Below, one piece after another: positions 51,401-64,000 of a stretch of DNA of 64,000 nucleotides. The notes beneath the pieces are model-generated. The model searched no databases. It was not told the DNA's origin and saw only the letters and a program-made list of their open reading frames with translations. Made by a program: the position numbers and the translations under genes. The DNA lies in the NCBI RefSeq assembly GCF_003704095.1, contig NW_020844475.1:1-64000 (forward strand), read 5' to 3'. Each line of letters begins with the position of its first letter. Position 1 is the first letter of the stretch. This stretch comes from Pocillopora damicornis. Its lineage: Eukaryota.

Positions 51401-54400
51401 TAGAACGTGAGAAGGAGTGAATCGACCGTTGAATCCATTCGCCGCCATTGTTATGCAGCTAAAAATGGCAGATTGACTGCGTCACTCCCGAAATCTCGAG
51501 GGAATTCTGACGTGCCGCTGAGAGCAGCCAGACGACAAACAGAATAAAGATCCTAGTTTAACCTATGTTATTTTTCACATCATTTTAATTAAGTATTGTC
51601 ATGGTAACGGTTTGGTGTTTTGTGCAGGCCTTTTTTGTGCATGCTAACAGCCATTTTGACGTAAATTACTAAACAAGCAGATGTTTGATGTCATGATGGA
51701 AACTTGCACCAATAACTTAAATTGGTACCAGGCTGTTAACTAAGAAGCAAACAGGTAAATATCTCTATTAGTTTGCTTCTTTTGAGAATGTTTAAAAGTT
51801 TTAGTGATGAATGTGGTCTTGGCAGTATTATATAATTTATGCCCCTATGCCTGCTAAGTTAGCTGGCGGAGGGGGAAACTGCGGTGAAGCTTATCCTTCA
51901 GTAGCATGTATGAGGCCCAAGAAAGATAAAAACTTTCTTTAATCTAGGTATCTTTATGATATGTCTTATTTTTCTTTCAGACTTTGCAGACTCTTTTTCA
52001 CTTCTATCTGGCACTGGGTCATTACTAGAAGGTAGGCTTGGTACAAGATGATTGAATGCAATCTGTGTGAGTCTGACAATACTTTTAGGCAATGCAAGGG
52101 AGCTTGGAATCTACTTGGAACTACCTTAGCAAAGAAAACTTTTGATAAAGTCCACTTCACGAGATTGACATCCCCTTACAACCTTATGAAAGTTTTATTA
52201 TACATGCAGAATAAAACCGTTTTAAACTGGGCAGTCAGTGGTATAAGAATCGGAAGGATATATTTTGTTTTGGAAAACGTTCGTATTGAGAGGAGAAAAT
52301 CTAAAATGACAAAAAAGTTTGAAGATGGGCTTTTCTGAAATTACTTTAAACGAGCCCTGACCCCTCTCACAATCCATAGCCTTTCAGTGGTAATTCAAAA
52401 TAAATTTTTCTCCCTGTGGCACAATTACGTGGAGTCTTAGAGTAGTGTGATTTCTTCGACACGCCATATTGGTTACATCCGTTCATCATGTAATGTGAAT
52501 GGTTTGTTGAATATCTTTTCTATCAAAACGATCTAAAAATACATATCGTGTCATTTCACTGTTAATCTTCCTGAAATTGGCAATAATTTCGTATATTGTG
52601 CATTTTCTAGGTGTTTTTTTGGATTTAGGTAACTTTTTCGGCGGATGATTCCAGTATAAACCTATTGATGCCGACATTTTCGGCGTGGTGGGGTTCTCAT
52701 GTAATAGTTTTAAAAAATGTTGATAAAGATAAACATCAGAGAGAAAAAAGAAACAGGATCTCCTTTTTTGGGGCGGTTTTTTTATTTGTTCTGATGCGGG
52801 AGACGTGGAACCAAAATGATACGTACAGAGTCAGCATAGTCTGACTATATTAGTGGCTAGGTTTGAGGTACAGCCGGTGCTCTTGTAACCCTAATAGAAC
52901 CCTTAACATTGGAAGAGAAGAAAAGCATGGGGAAAAAGCCCTTAAATTTGCCAGAAAATTATATATCAAATTGTTCAATACGCCCGAGATTTTTTTTCTA
53001 TGAAATTTTTTTTCAGTTGTTACTTTGAAAACCTTGCTCCAGCTGCAGCAAAATGTACCGTGAACCAATGAAATGACGCACGTGATTAGTGCCAGTACAG
53101 GCTTAAATGGTGTAAGTTTTGCCGATTATATCTCCTAAACAAGCAAGGTGAACCATCTTTTTTTTTTTTATTCTATTTTTCGAAACAGACCTTGGTAGGG
53201 AACATTTAAGGACAGTTTAAAAAAAATGTTCGATACCTTTTTTTTCTGAGGAATCACTTTAAAGGGATTAGGAAATTTTAGCAGCATACAAATATAATAA
53301 TATTTAGTACAATAATTTAGTTATGCTAAATAATTCAAACTGTTAGAAGGTTTCAAACCTTTTTAAGCTGTCTAACTCAAAAATCGACAAATATATATGG
53401 AGTTCTATTCGGATTTCACCCTTTTCAAGCTGCTTTTGACAGGCGACATCAGCGGAGAAACTATTATGCAATCATACTTAATACACTAGATGCTTCAGCT
53501 TCAAATGCTGTAGACAACAAAGATTTGAAGACAGATGTTGCGTAAAAGCTCACTGCATGCATAACGCTTTTTGTTTCTTCGAGTGACAAATTACTAGTAG
53601 TGAACACCCTCTCCACTTATGAAGGGGTCAAAGCAAATAATAATGAGGGCACGAAATTTGTGAAAAAGCCAAAAAAAAAGCATCTAAAGTGACGTTTGTT
53701 AAAATCTGTTTTACACGCAAATTTATCTTCAAATGATATCATGTGTAATAGTTATGAATAAGCAATTAAGCAATAGGTAATTTGCCTTACCCGAGAGCTA
53801 TAACAGGAAAGAGTTCTGCGGAGGAACCAGGGTTATTGCTATAGAGTTAGACAGAGGAATCGAGCTTTAAATCTTCTATACACACCTTTAAAATCAGTGT
53901 ATAAATAATGTTGAGCTTAAATTATGGATTTTGAAATGGAAGCAATAAGTCCCCAATTTACTGCACCCATATGTTTCGAATCTAACTTTTCTTTACCGTT
54001 TTTCTTTCTTTTTTTATTTTGTTTTGTTGTTGTTTTTTTTTAAATTTTTGCCACATCGACAGGATTGCATACTTCAAATACTTATTTTACCTCAGAGATC
54101 TATTATGCTGAAACACAAGCTGTCACTTACTACTCGTTCTCCCTGACTTCTCTCAATATCTTTCAATAACTACTCTTACCTGTAAAACTTCAACTATTCC
54201 TCTGGATAAGAGAGAAAAAGTAATCGCAATAATCTTTCTGTTGTTTTATAGGCGATAACATTTGAAGCATCAATATCACTTGCGGCAACGACATCTCAAC
54301 CAATACATTTTGAGATCTCCTTAACGAGTTTTGCATAGTGCAAATATGTCTTTGGGAAAAACGCTTTCTGGCAAATATATATTTGTTGTATCGCCATTTT

Positions 54401-57400
54401 TCTAAACTTGCCGAAAAACTGGATAATAGAGAGAAAAAGCATGATAACAGTATTAATAAAAGAACAGACTTGATTATGACTTTGCGTGACTATGAAACCA
54501 ACTTTCCATTCTACCTGTCCTTGAGCAAGGACGAAATCACATCAAATACCTCGAAACACCGCCGCGTTATTAATGATTCGACCCCATGTGAGGGATCTAT
54601 CATGCAAATTTCAAGTTGCGTTCAGTTTCGTAGTTCATGCATTAAAGTAATCTAGTCGAATCAATGTCGAATCCTGGAAACAAGCAGTGTACGTCTGGTC
54701 CGAATTGCAGTTTGAAACAAAACGCAAATTGTATCACAAAAGATGTACGTGTAGATGCTTTTTCCAGTATTTTAATCGTATAATTTTTTAAAATATGTTT
54801 ATTAAAAGAGTAGTAAGTAAAGACTGCAATAAAAAAATAGATGTGCACGTGGTTTCGAATGAGCGTAGATTCCTCGGCTATAGTGGCCCTCCGTGATACG
54901 CTCAATTGCACCACTGATGATGTTTAAAAATACTTCTCATTTTATATATGGAGTTGCAGCTGAAGAAACAGCAACAATACAGAGAGTCACAAATAAAACA
55001 TGCGCACGTTTTCTTTTCATTCAATGCTAGCAAAGTGAAGAAATTTCTCGAATTTATGGTTATTATGATTATTTTTCTTGAATGTAGGAATACTATACTA
55101 TGCTGGAGCTGTTACATGCTTTTCGTTGACGAGATAGAATGCTGTGATTGAACATAACTGTTGTCTTGTACTGTTGTGGATAGTTACACAATAAGCTCCA
55201 ATCAGGCCTTCTAACTCTCTTACATTAATGAAAAAGTTGTAAAAACACTTACCAAAACGTGTCACTTGCGACAAAGCGTTAACTTAACTTCTTGACTCCG
55301 TCGGAAAAACGAGGTTGCACTTTTCGAGAATCTTTAGTCTTTTCTGGCTAGACGTCTTTTGATTAAACTTCGATTGCTCCCATTCTTGAGTTGTCATTTA
55401 AGGTCGTCTAGAATCCAAGATACAACAATGAGTCTAAATTACTTTACAGGCTTGGCAAGCCATTGAGATTCTCGAATGTTCTCAATTACCTGTAAGGCCT
55501 TATTTGAAAATAACCATTAACTAGGTTCCGAAATGGATTAAACCTTTTGAGTGAGATGAGGTAAATTTCTTCCCTCAAGATGTGATGTGACGTTATTAAA
55601 ATCAAACGAATATGTCGCAACAATTATGGTTATTTTCTGCTAAGTAATTAATTGAACAGTGTGTCAAATGTAAGGTGTGCCTTTTTTGTGAATTTTTTTC
55701 CTTGTGGTTTACATAAAGAAGGAACAACATAATTCTAGACCGTTAATGACCATGTCGTTTTTCCTCGTCGTGTGGATATGCAAATTGATAGCAGTTTTGA
55801 TCGTGTATAAAACTAAGGTGTCAGGGAACTAAATTGGGCTAGAGGAATTCATATTGTATTCCGAATAATAACTTACGAGGCATTGCATTACACATACCAA
55901 ACAAATAATCATGAAAAATTTCATTTAAACTGAGGTTATTATCGTTTCATTATGTAAATTACATGTATCTCGAGCAAAAAGTGCAAGTTTTGGCTCTGCT
56001 TCTAAACTTCCATTGCTTAAGAGACTAATGAAAAGGAAACTTCTATCAATTATTTCCATGAATATGAATTATGAAACCGATGTTTGCAACATATTACGTC
56101 AAACGCAGCGGAGACGATAGAGCGCAGTGGAAAGGTAATATTTGTCTTACGATTAATAAAATCGTCATAATTTTTCTCTTCTTGAGAAAACTTGTTACTT
56201 TCCTTACCCTATCCATCACAACAACAGATAAGTGGCATGACGAAAGTTACATTATTTTGACTCGTTTTCTAGGTATTAAATTACCAACAGAAGCCGACAT
56301 AACATAACTCAACGCTCATCTTGCATTCTTCCCTTAAATCTTTTATACCCACCTTAAATTGTATCCTAATTTCTAAGAGATGAACGCTTATACAGGTTGT
56401 GTGGCTCGCACTCACCTGAATGAGAATGACGATGTCATTTAGGTAATGGCTAAATATAGATCACTTTTGACAAACTTCTCTTGAACACTTATACATCCGG
56501 GATAAATAGAACATTATTTTAATGACAGCCGTAAGTAGTTTTATCAATGTTTGAAAGCAACTGAAAATAAATGAAAGAGACGAATTACTGCAATTAGCTT
56601 TGCGCGAATGCAGTTATTTCTTCTCACGTTTTTTTTTTCCTCAAGATGTACTCGAAGAAGAATCGAGAAAAATTTGACTATAATTAATTTATCTTGAAAT
56701 ATCTCTCGTGTCTGGTAAATTAAAATCACTCATCCACAAACGTAGCTAAGGTTCTATGCTTTCACACTTCTAAACATCAAGCGCTTTCGAATTTGTAATG
56801 CTTTAGTTATTGGCTAATTTTTGCAATTCTCCTTTACTAAAGCTCCGTCCCTATGTCTTCCCATTTTTTTTCTTTGAGTCCCAATGAGAGACGCAACATC
56901 GCTGAACTTTGCTTTATGCTTTCATCCGCAGCCCTCCTGTCTCCAAGTTTAAATGGAAAGTTTTGAAGGAAACAGACTGCTCTATGATGGTAAGAAGTCG
57001 AAGGGATGAATTCACCGTCCAAAATGAAAAACATTACGTCTCTTCCAATTGACCCAGCCATACCTAGCATTAATGCTTTATAATTAACACAATTTTCAGA
57101 CAAACGTACCCCCAGCTTGCATATTTGTTTCTCTATGGCACAGTCCAAATGATTAAGTTTCAAGATGGCATAATTGCTAACCACTTAAGACCGATATAGG
57201 GTGAAAGAGATGTTAACCTTATGTCCACGCCGCGGTTGCGTAATTTTTCTTACTCTCCGCTTGTTTCACCATGATCTTACTCGTACCACTGCTGTCTTAC
57301 ATTCGCCAGAAAAGGTGCTCCTGATTCGCATCAAATTTTCTTTTCAAATACAATTAAAATAGTATCATTCTTTGCATTGGTAAACACTTAAAAACACTTT

Positions 57401-60400
57401 GGCATTAAACTGAAGTGTTCCAATACTTCAACAAGCGATGATCATTTCTTTTACTTGCGGTCATACTCTCACAAGGCTTTTGCGGCGCCGCTATAGGATC
57501 TTAAAATGGCGCATTTACCCAAACGGCCCCTAGCCTGCATTGAAACAGGATTTCTGGCCTGTTAGGGATGGCAGCTTCATTGAACAACTAATAATGCTTT
57601 TATTAATACTATTTTGCGTGCGTCGACGTTTTGCACTAATGACACTTAAGAGAATGACAGTGGTTCTGCCCTACGGCGAGAGAAAGAGTTTCAGGTACTC
57701 AGAGGGCTCAGACGCACGCGATGTACTCACAATAACTCGAGTGGATATCGTTAATTCTCAGCTTTGGTATATCAATATTTTACCCACAACGATACTCATA
57801 GGAAGAGCGACGGTATGCACAAATGCACGACTGGCTATTACCATGCGCTGAGTTTTAATAATTGAGTGTAAAAATGTTTTGGAAGGTCCAGTGGCCTTCT
57901 CTTCCGGTCAGCTCTGGCCTTCTCACTCAAAACTGTTCGAGAAAACGATCGAAGAAGATGACCGAAAATGTCACGAAACAAAAATCAAAAGGCCCTTCAC
58001 TTATTGTGCAAGTGAAAGCACTTCGTGGCCTTTCCGTCTGTCCAGCTGTAACCATTATTTATTATTTAAAAATAGCACATTAACTACAGTATTAGGTTTT
58101 TGCGTTATCAGTGCGGCACCTTAAAGTTCTTATAGATGGCATAGCATGGACCGCCGTCATCAACTTAGTCTTGGTAAATTTCGCGGTAGTTAGGCAAAAT
58201 ATGTATTCTGTTTTAGGGGATGAACATTGCCAATGGTTTTGATATAATAGTTACGTCATTTTATCTACATAATATATTTCTTAAGCCCTAACTATTTTGA
58301 CAGAAAAATGGTGTTCAATCTCAAGTGCCCCATGCAAGATGGTTGCCAAGATTCTCGAACTGTTGATCCATTTCATAGGACTTTTCCCTGTTCAGAGCTG
58401 AATTTTCCGTAATTTCGCAGTAATTTAATAAGTATAAGAGAGATCAGTAGAACGCCGCAGACTTCCATTCATATTCTGCTGAGGCAGATTAGTATTTTAA
58501 GGTACCGTTGATCTAAATGCAGTCTTAAAAATTTAAGCAGTTACCTGTGAAGATGATCCTGTCTATATTCGATCTTTTTTCTCCCAAAGAGATTTTTCAG
58601 CAGCTTCGACCTCTTTCCAGCCAGAGATCGCCTTTCTTATAGACTCACTAGATGTAAAAAGAGAAGAAAAAAACCAAATGATGACATTTAAATATGTCAT
58701 AATAAACTTTTCGACGACATTTCTTCTTTGAACTTGATGCTAACTATATCTTTATAGGGTTTGTATTGGAGCAGTGGGTAGATTTCCTCGTAGTTGAGTT
58801 TCTATATATATTTTGACCAATATATCATTATCGTTACTGGCACTTTAGTTGCATAAGGAACTTTGTTCCCCAAAAGACTTTAGGTGTTAGAATTGGTACG
58901 ACTCCACTCTCTATAACCTGTCTTTGTTGAAAATACATACTCAATACGTTCTTCGTGTTCTTATAATAGCCTCCTTAGCGTTTTTCGTCCCTGAACCATT
59001 TTTATATATTAGTTCTTTGAGATACGCTTGAGCAGTTAATTTTTTTTGTCAGTCTTCTTCAACTTCAATTTGCACTTTTATTATGATCAAGATCGAGTCT
59101 TTCGAGAGACACGCTGATATTTTCACATTTTGTGTCTTTAACGAGTAAAAATGCAGCTGCTAACGTAACTTTGGCGGAAAATTGCTAATTGCTAAATCAA
59201 AGTGTGGATCGTTGAATACTGAGAGGAAAATTCAGTGCTTGTGTACTATATTTTTTAATTTTTGGAACATTTTATAGAGTAGTAAACTTCAAATAATTAC
59301 TTTATCGCAGACGTATATGGTTTCTGGAACACCAAGTGGTATGTTTTTCAGGTTTTCGATGGGACTTTCTACAATCTCATTTAATTAACTAGTCCCTCGA
59401 GCAAATTTGTATGAGAGAACAAATAAACAATAACAGCCCTTCAGTTGTTTTCTAGGCTGCAACATATCAAACATCAGTATCAGATGTGGCAAAGAGATTT
59501 CGGCCAATGTGGTTTTAGATCCCTTGATATTGACAAGTATAGTTTTACGAGGTACCGCATTTTCTCGATGAAACGCCCCCGGCTTTCATTCCAAATTTTG
59601 CCCATTGAATCGAGTGTTTTTTTTTTTTAAGGGTGCAACGTTTTTGTGTAAAAAGAAATTTGCCATCTTTTTTTTTTCACGGTTACATTGTGTTAACCAT
59701 CTAGGGTAAAGTTAGTCAAGAGGACGCAATTTGTTCCATCGTTCGGCCATAGTAATACATCAGTCGCCGCCACCCCCTGTCTTTGTTGACAAGACTATCC
59801 AACATTTTGTCAGTTTTCCTTTGTTTTTCTGCTAGTTCTTTTCGTTTCTGAGCCATTTTTATACATTAGTTAGTTGGGATAAGCTTGAGCCATTGCACTT
59901 TCACAATGAAGTTAGTTTGAATTTCAAGAAAATCTCTCCAGTATTTCTAACACTTCTGCTCTTTTGTCGAATAATTCACTGCGTAGCTGTTAAAGTAAAG
60001 TTGAACACGAATTAGTTATTTCAAACCGATTATCCTGATAAAAAAATGTGATATCGCGTTCTTGAATGCTCAGGTGGTGCCTCTTTTACTTCAGAGTAGA
60101 AGTCATGTCGCACTTCAATGAATTTATGATCAGGTATACAGATAAAATATAACTGATGACTATCTCATTAACTGTAACTGTAATGATGAATCAGTTGTGT
60201 ATTAAATGAAACTGAATAAGCTCGAACCATTTTACTAGGGAGCTTTAATTACTTTGGTCAATGGAAAACAAAAAAGCTTTCCCCGCTTAGAAGCTTTTGC
60301 CGACAAATCGTGTTCATGAACCATGAAGCTGTAACGGAGTTTGCCATGACGTCAAGGAATTTTCTGTCTTATGGGATACGTTAAACGTTGAAGAAAGAAA

Positions 60401-63400
60401 GTTGTACATAAGGATCAACGGATTGTGAAAAAATAGGACATGTCTACTTATGGGATTTGTCAAATAATAGAGCTATTATTTTTCTCCGACATGATCAATG
60501 ATTTAGTATCTTTGTCGTAGAGATGCCGCTTGGCTTCACGACACATTACAGGTCAAACACTTAAATAGTGCCTCTGCAACTTGCAATACCTTCTAGCACC
60601 GAATGGAAACTAGTACTTTTTCACCTCACCCACTTATCTAGTCATTATTTCGTTAGCACATTTGTGGGTTATCGATATTCGAACAAACAATTATCTATCA
60701 CAGAACCACACTGGTTTAAATGAGCCCAACCCTCTCGTAATAGCCTCAATACAGTACAGCACTACAATCAAAGCACATTTACTGAAGATCTTTTAAGAGC
60801 CGAACAAAGGGAAATTTATAATGTACGAACGAGGCCGTGTTGAAACTTTTGAGAACAAACCGTATGTGAACCGATTAAGGTATTCCCACTATCTTGAACT
60901 AAAACAAAGCGACAAAACCACTCGAGCTAACCTGAATTGGAGGCTTCTTCACTTCACGTAGCTTTTCAACCGCTAACGAGATCACCTGCTTTCAAAAGTA
61001 AATTGCTTAAATGGTTGTGGAAATAATTGATCGGAACTAGCTGAATGCCGAATAATGTATTCAACATCGTAAAAGTTTATCAGAACCACAACAAAGAACT
61101 CATTATTGGGAAAAGGAAATCGGAAATAATTGTCAGTGTGATGTTGCATTGTTTGAACTCACGGTCAAACAAAGTGTCTTTCAAATAATTGTGAATTGAT
61201 AGCCTAAGGCCTGTATGTTTAACATTCAAACCACGACACTAGTTTGGCCGAAAGAAATTCATGTCTCTCGAAGATTCATGAGAAAATTTCCATTTCACTT
61301 GTTCCATTGTTAAAAAATGACCAGTTTTCTCCTTGAGCGGAACTTTTCCAGTCATTCGTTCCAACTTTACATCATTCCTGAGAGAACCGAAGAGGTATGA
61401 TAGCTTTGTTTTGTTGTGTTTGTGTTTTTTTGGTCGTTCGCTTTACAAATAAGATCTTAAGCACCCTGGAGATGGCCATTATTAAAGGATATGAAAATGC
61501 GTTGGTGTGTTCAACACGCTTTAAGTCTCCAGTTTTTCACCTAGTAAAGCTTGCACCTTTTCTCGAAGTATGGATTTTATCTTTAGTACTTGATGAAAGA
61601 AGTTCTCACTGGTCATAGTAATAATGGCCAAAAATAGTTTTTATCGACGGCACATAAGAATCTTCTGAAACACCATGTATGAAACACATGCTGTTGACAA
61701 GCTTTCCCGCCGACTGATGGCGCAACAATTGCCTTTTATCAACTGATCAAGCGGTGAATACCAGCCGTATGTAGCAGTTTTCAGTATCAATTAATTGTAT
61801 TGGAGATGTTTTTCGTCTTCTGAATTCGCAGTTTTCCACGATAAGCTCAACTGGAGTTCTAAGTTTCTTAAATGATTTCGCTTCGGTAATTAAGCAAAAA
61901 GATAACAAAATAGTCGAACGTGATTGGTTATTGGTAGCCTCATATCAGCATTCTGAACTAGGTCTGTGTTTTCGTCATGCTTGTTATTGGTCAAACAAGA
62001 GAATATCATCAGTGCTATCGACTGATATTTGCTTTTGGATAAGGTCATACAGTCCCATAGGAACGAAATTAGTTTTGTTATTACTGAGGAGGTCCAAAGG
62101 AAGCATTGCCGCTTTTTAGGTATTTTAATGGCCGTGGGTGGGAACATAGGCACCCTTCCCGGGAAATTCATAAAATTCAATCACGTTCTAATGCCATTTG
62201 GTGCCTTTTGAAACACTTTAGGGGAAAAGCTTTCGGTCACTTTCAGCTGATCCTCTAAGAAGCCATTTTTCTCCTATACGTTGCCTAACTGAGGTTTCTC
62301 GCAATCACGCACATTGGTGCGAGAGCATTGTCCTTCTCCTTTAGAGAAGATGTGAGGGCACGGGGCTAGCCCTTCCCCAGTTTTAAGGATAACACACGTG
62401 ACATGCTTATATAACTGAATATTCGGCGTCAGTTACGCGCTCTGTTATAGTGATAAATATCATAATGATATATGAAAGGAAAAAGTGCCAACCGCTATGT
62501 TTTAATTTATGAACGCTTTTAATCGATGGTTTTTTTTTCCGCTATGTTACTTCGTCATAAAGTGATAAATTGGTCACAGGTCTTTATCAGTTGTCGATTA
62601 TGTTACTAATGACTCGTAGCATTACAGACCAAAGTGAACTCCATTCTTTCTTACTCTCATTACTGGTTCAGACCAGACACATTAATTGAGCCATTAAACA
62701 TTCACAGAATCAAATGATTACAACATTGCAAGGTTCGTCTAGTTGATCATGCAAAATAATGGACCTGTAATGCTGTCAATTATACACGACTGGTAAATTT
62801 TCTGTCTACTTTCAAACAGTTTTTCTCTTATAGAGTGATAAATCCAACCTAAGTGACGTGAAAAAATCATTATGTTTAGTTATAAGACATCGTAGATAAA
62901 CGAACGATTTTTTTTTGACAAATGCGCTCATGAAATGTCATCTAGCGGCATATTTGATACAGAATAGCTAGCTAATGAAAACTATCCATTGCTCCATCAA
63001 CTGAGGCATGTGTTTTACTATCTACTAGATGCCTTTTTTAAGCTTGCCTCTCAAGATTAAGTGAGTGTAATAATGTAAACCTTTCTTAAGAGACTGGAGT
63101 GATTTTTTTCATCTTAACTGAAACCAATAAGCGATATTTTAGACAAAAAAACAGAAACAGAGAGTTTTATTGATCGATGAATTCTATCATCAATTGGCTA
63201 TCTTAGTTGTTATAAATACCAGCATTTACAGACCTGCATTGGAATTACGTAATGTCTACGACAACAAAGGCAATCTATTTAGGGAGAAAGAAAGTCAAAT
63301 TATTTCAAGTGCTGTTTTATTCCTTCTATCACTCATTAACGCGACTGCTACAAAGGCTACAGTCTACATGCTTTAATTGATGATTTATTAACAGTAATTT

Positions 63401-64000
63401 GTCCCTTTAATTCCGAATAATAACTGACGTGCGCAGATGTGGTCGAATCAATTAACAAGTAAAATTATAAAAATACACTGTCTAAAATTTTTGTTGGAAA
63501 ACTGGTTTATACAAAGCTAAGAGCGGTTCTTTTTGCAAATTTATGAACCTTAAGTAGTTGCCTGTATTCATTTTAAAGTACACTGAATATGAAACAAGTT
63601 CACTGTCACTGACTTTCTTCCATCGTTTTGTTTATGTCTTATTTTTTGCTGAGTCAGATCACCAAGTAAAGGGCTAGTGAATTTAATCCAGCACTCTTTC
63701 CTGCCACCTCTGCCTCTACCTCTACCTTGTGGCCTTTTTTTACTTCCGCTCAAGAAACCTCTCGTCGTTGGTTGAAATGTGAAACTGCTCCTTCAATCGA
63801 AGTCTTGAGGACTGTTGACTACCACAACGCTCACTGAGACGGAGCTTTTAACTATTACACTTTACAACTGCTAGTTATTATTACGCCATTAGAGTGCGAA
63901 GTTCTATCATTTGTGCCGTATTTAAGTTTACGTATCGCGGAATATTCAGGAACGACAAATGTTTATTTAGAGGAAGGTCTATCTAACTCTACATGTTATT

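Noticed and set aside
50750-52510. Possible decayed DNA transposon with short ORFs (51898-52338)
   Set aside because: No terminal inverted repeats, target duplication or transposase motif could be established by eye.
63568-63753. ORF with GRGRGRGG
   Set aside because: Low-complexity sequence with a non-ATG start and no further support.

Overview
Eukaryotic, AT-rich, intron-rich animal DNA, most likely from a scleractinian coral (inferred from gene content, intron positions and repeat families). It has two assembly gaps (3758-3814, 5095-5194). Six protein-coding genes were reconstructed by hand from splice signals and reading-frame continuity: PNPO (+, 6 exons); CLP1 (-, 14 exons, one intron being a minor-spliceosome U12-type intron that best fits rare AT-AA termini); an ankyrin-repeat protein with an N-terminal hydrophobic segment (+, head-to-head with CLP1); a ~1403-aa secreted mosaic protein (signal peptide, 5 CUB, 2 F5/8 type C, CUB, and a trypsin-like domain with catalytic Ser->Gly and no activation motif); a PRSS23/35-like protease (+); and an 11-Cys cystine-knot hormone-like protein mixing bursicon-like and glycoprotein-hormone-beta-like motifs (-). 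About 15 kb with no recognisable coding sequence follows. Mobile DNA includes piggyBac-like TTAA MITEs clustered in the CpG-depleted PNPO/CLP1 introns, a CR1/L2-type LINE 3' end nested in one MITE, Harbinger-like MITEs, a tRNA-derived SINE, and Penelope-like inverted termini carrying minimal hammerhead-ribozyme motifs. All calls come from reading the sequence; no database searches were run.
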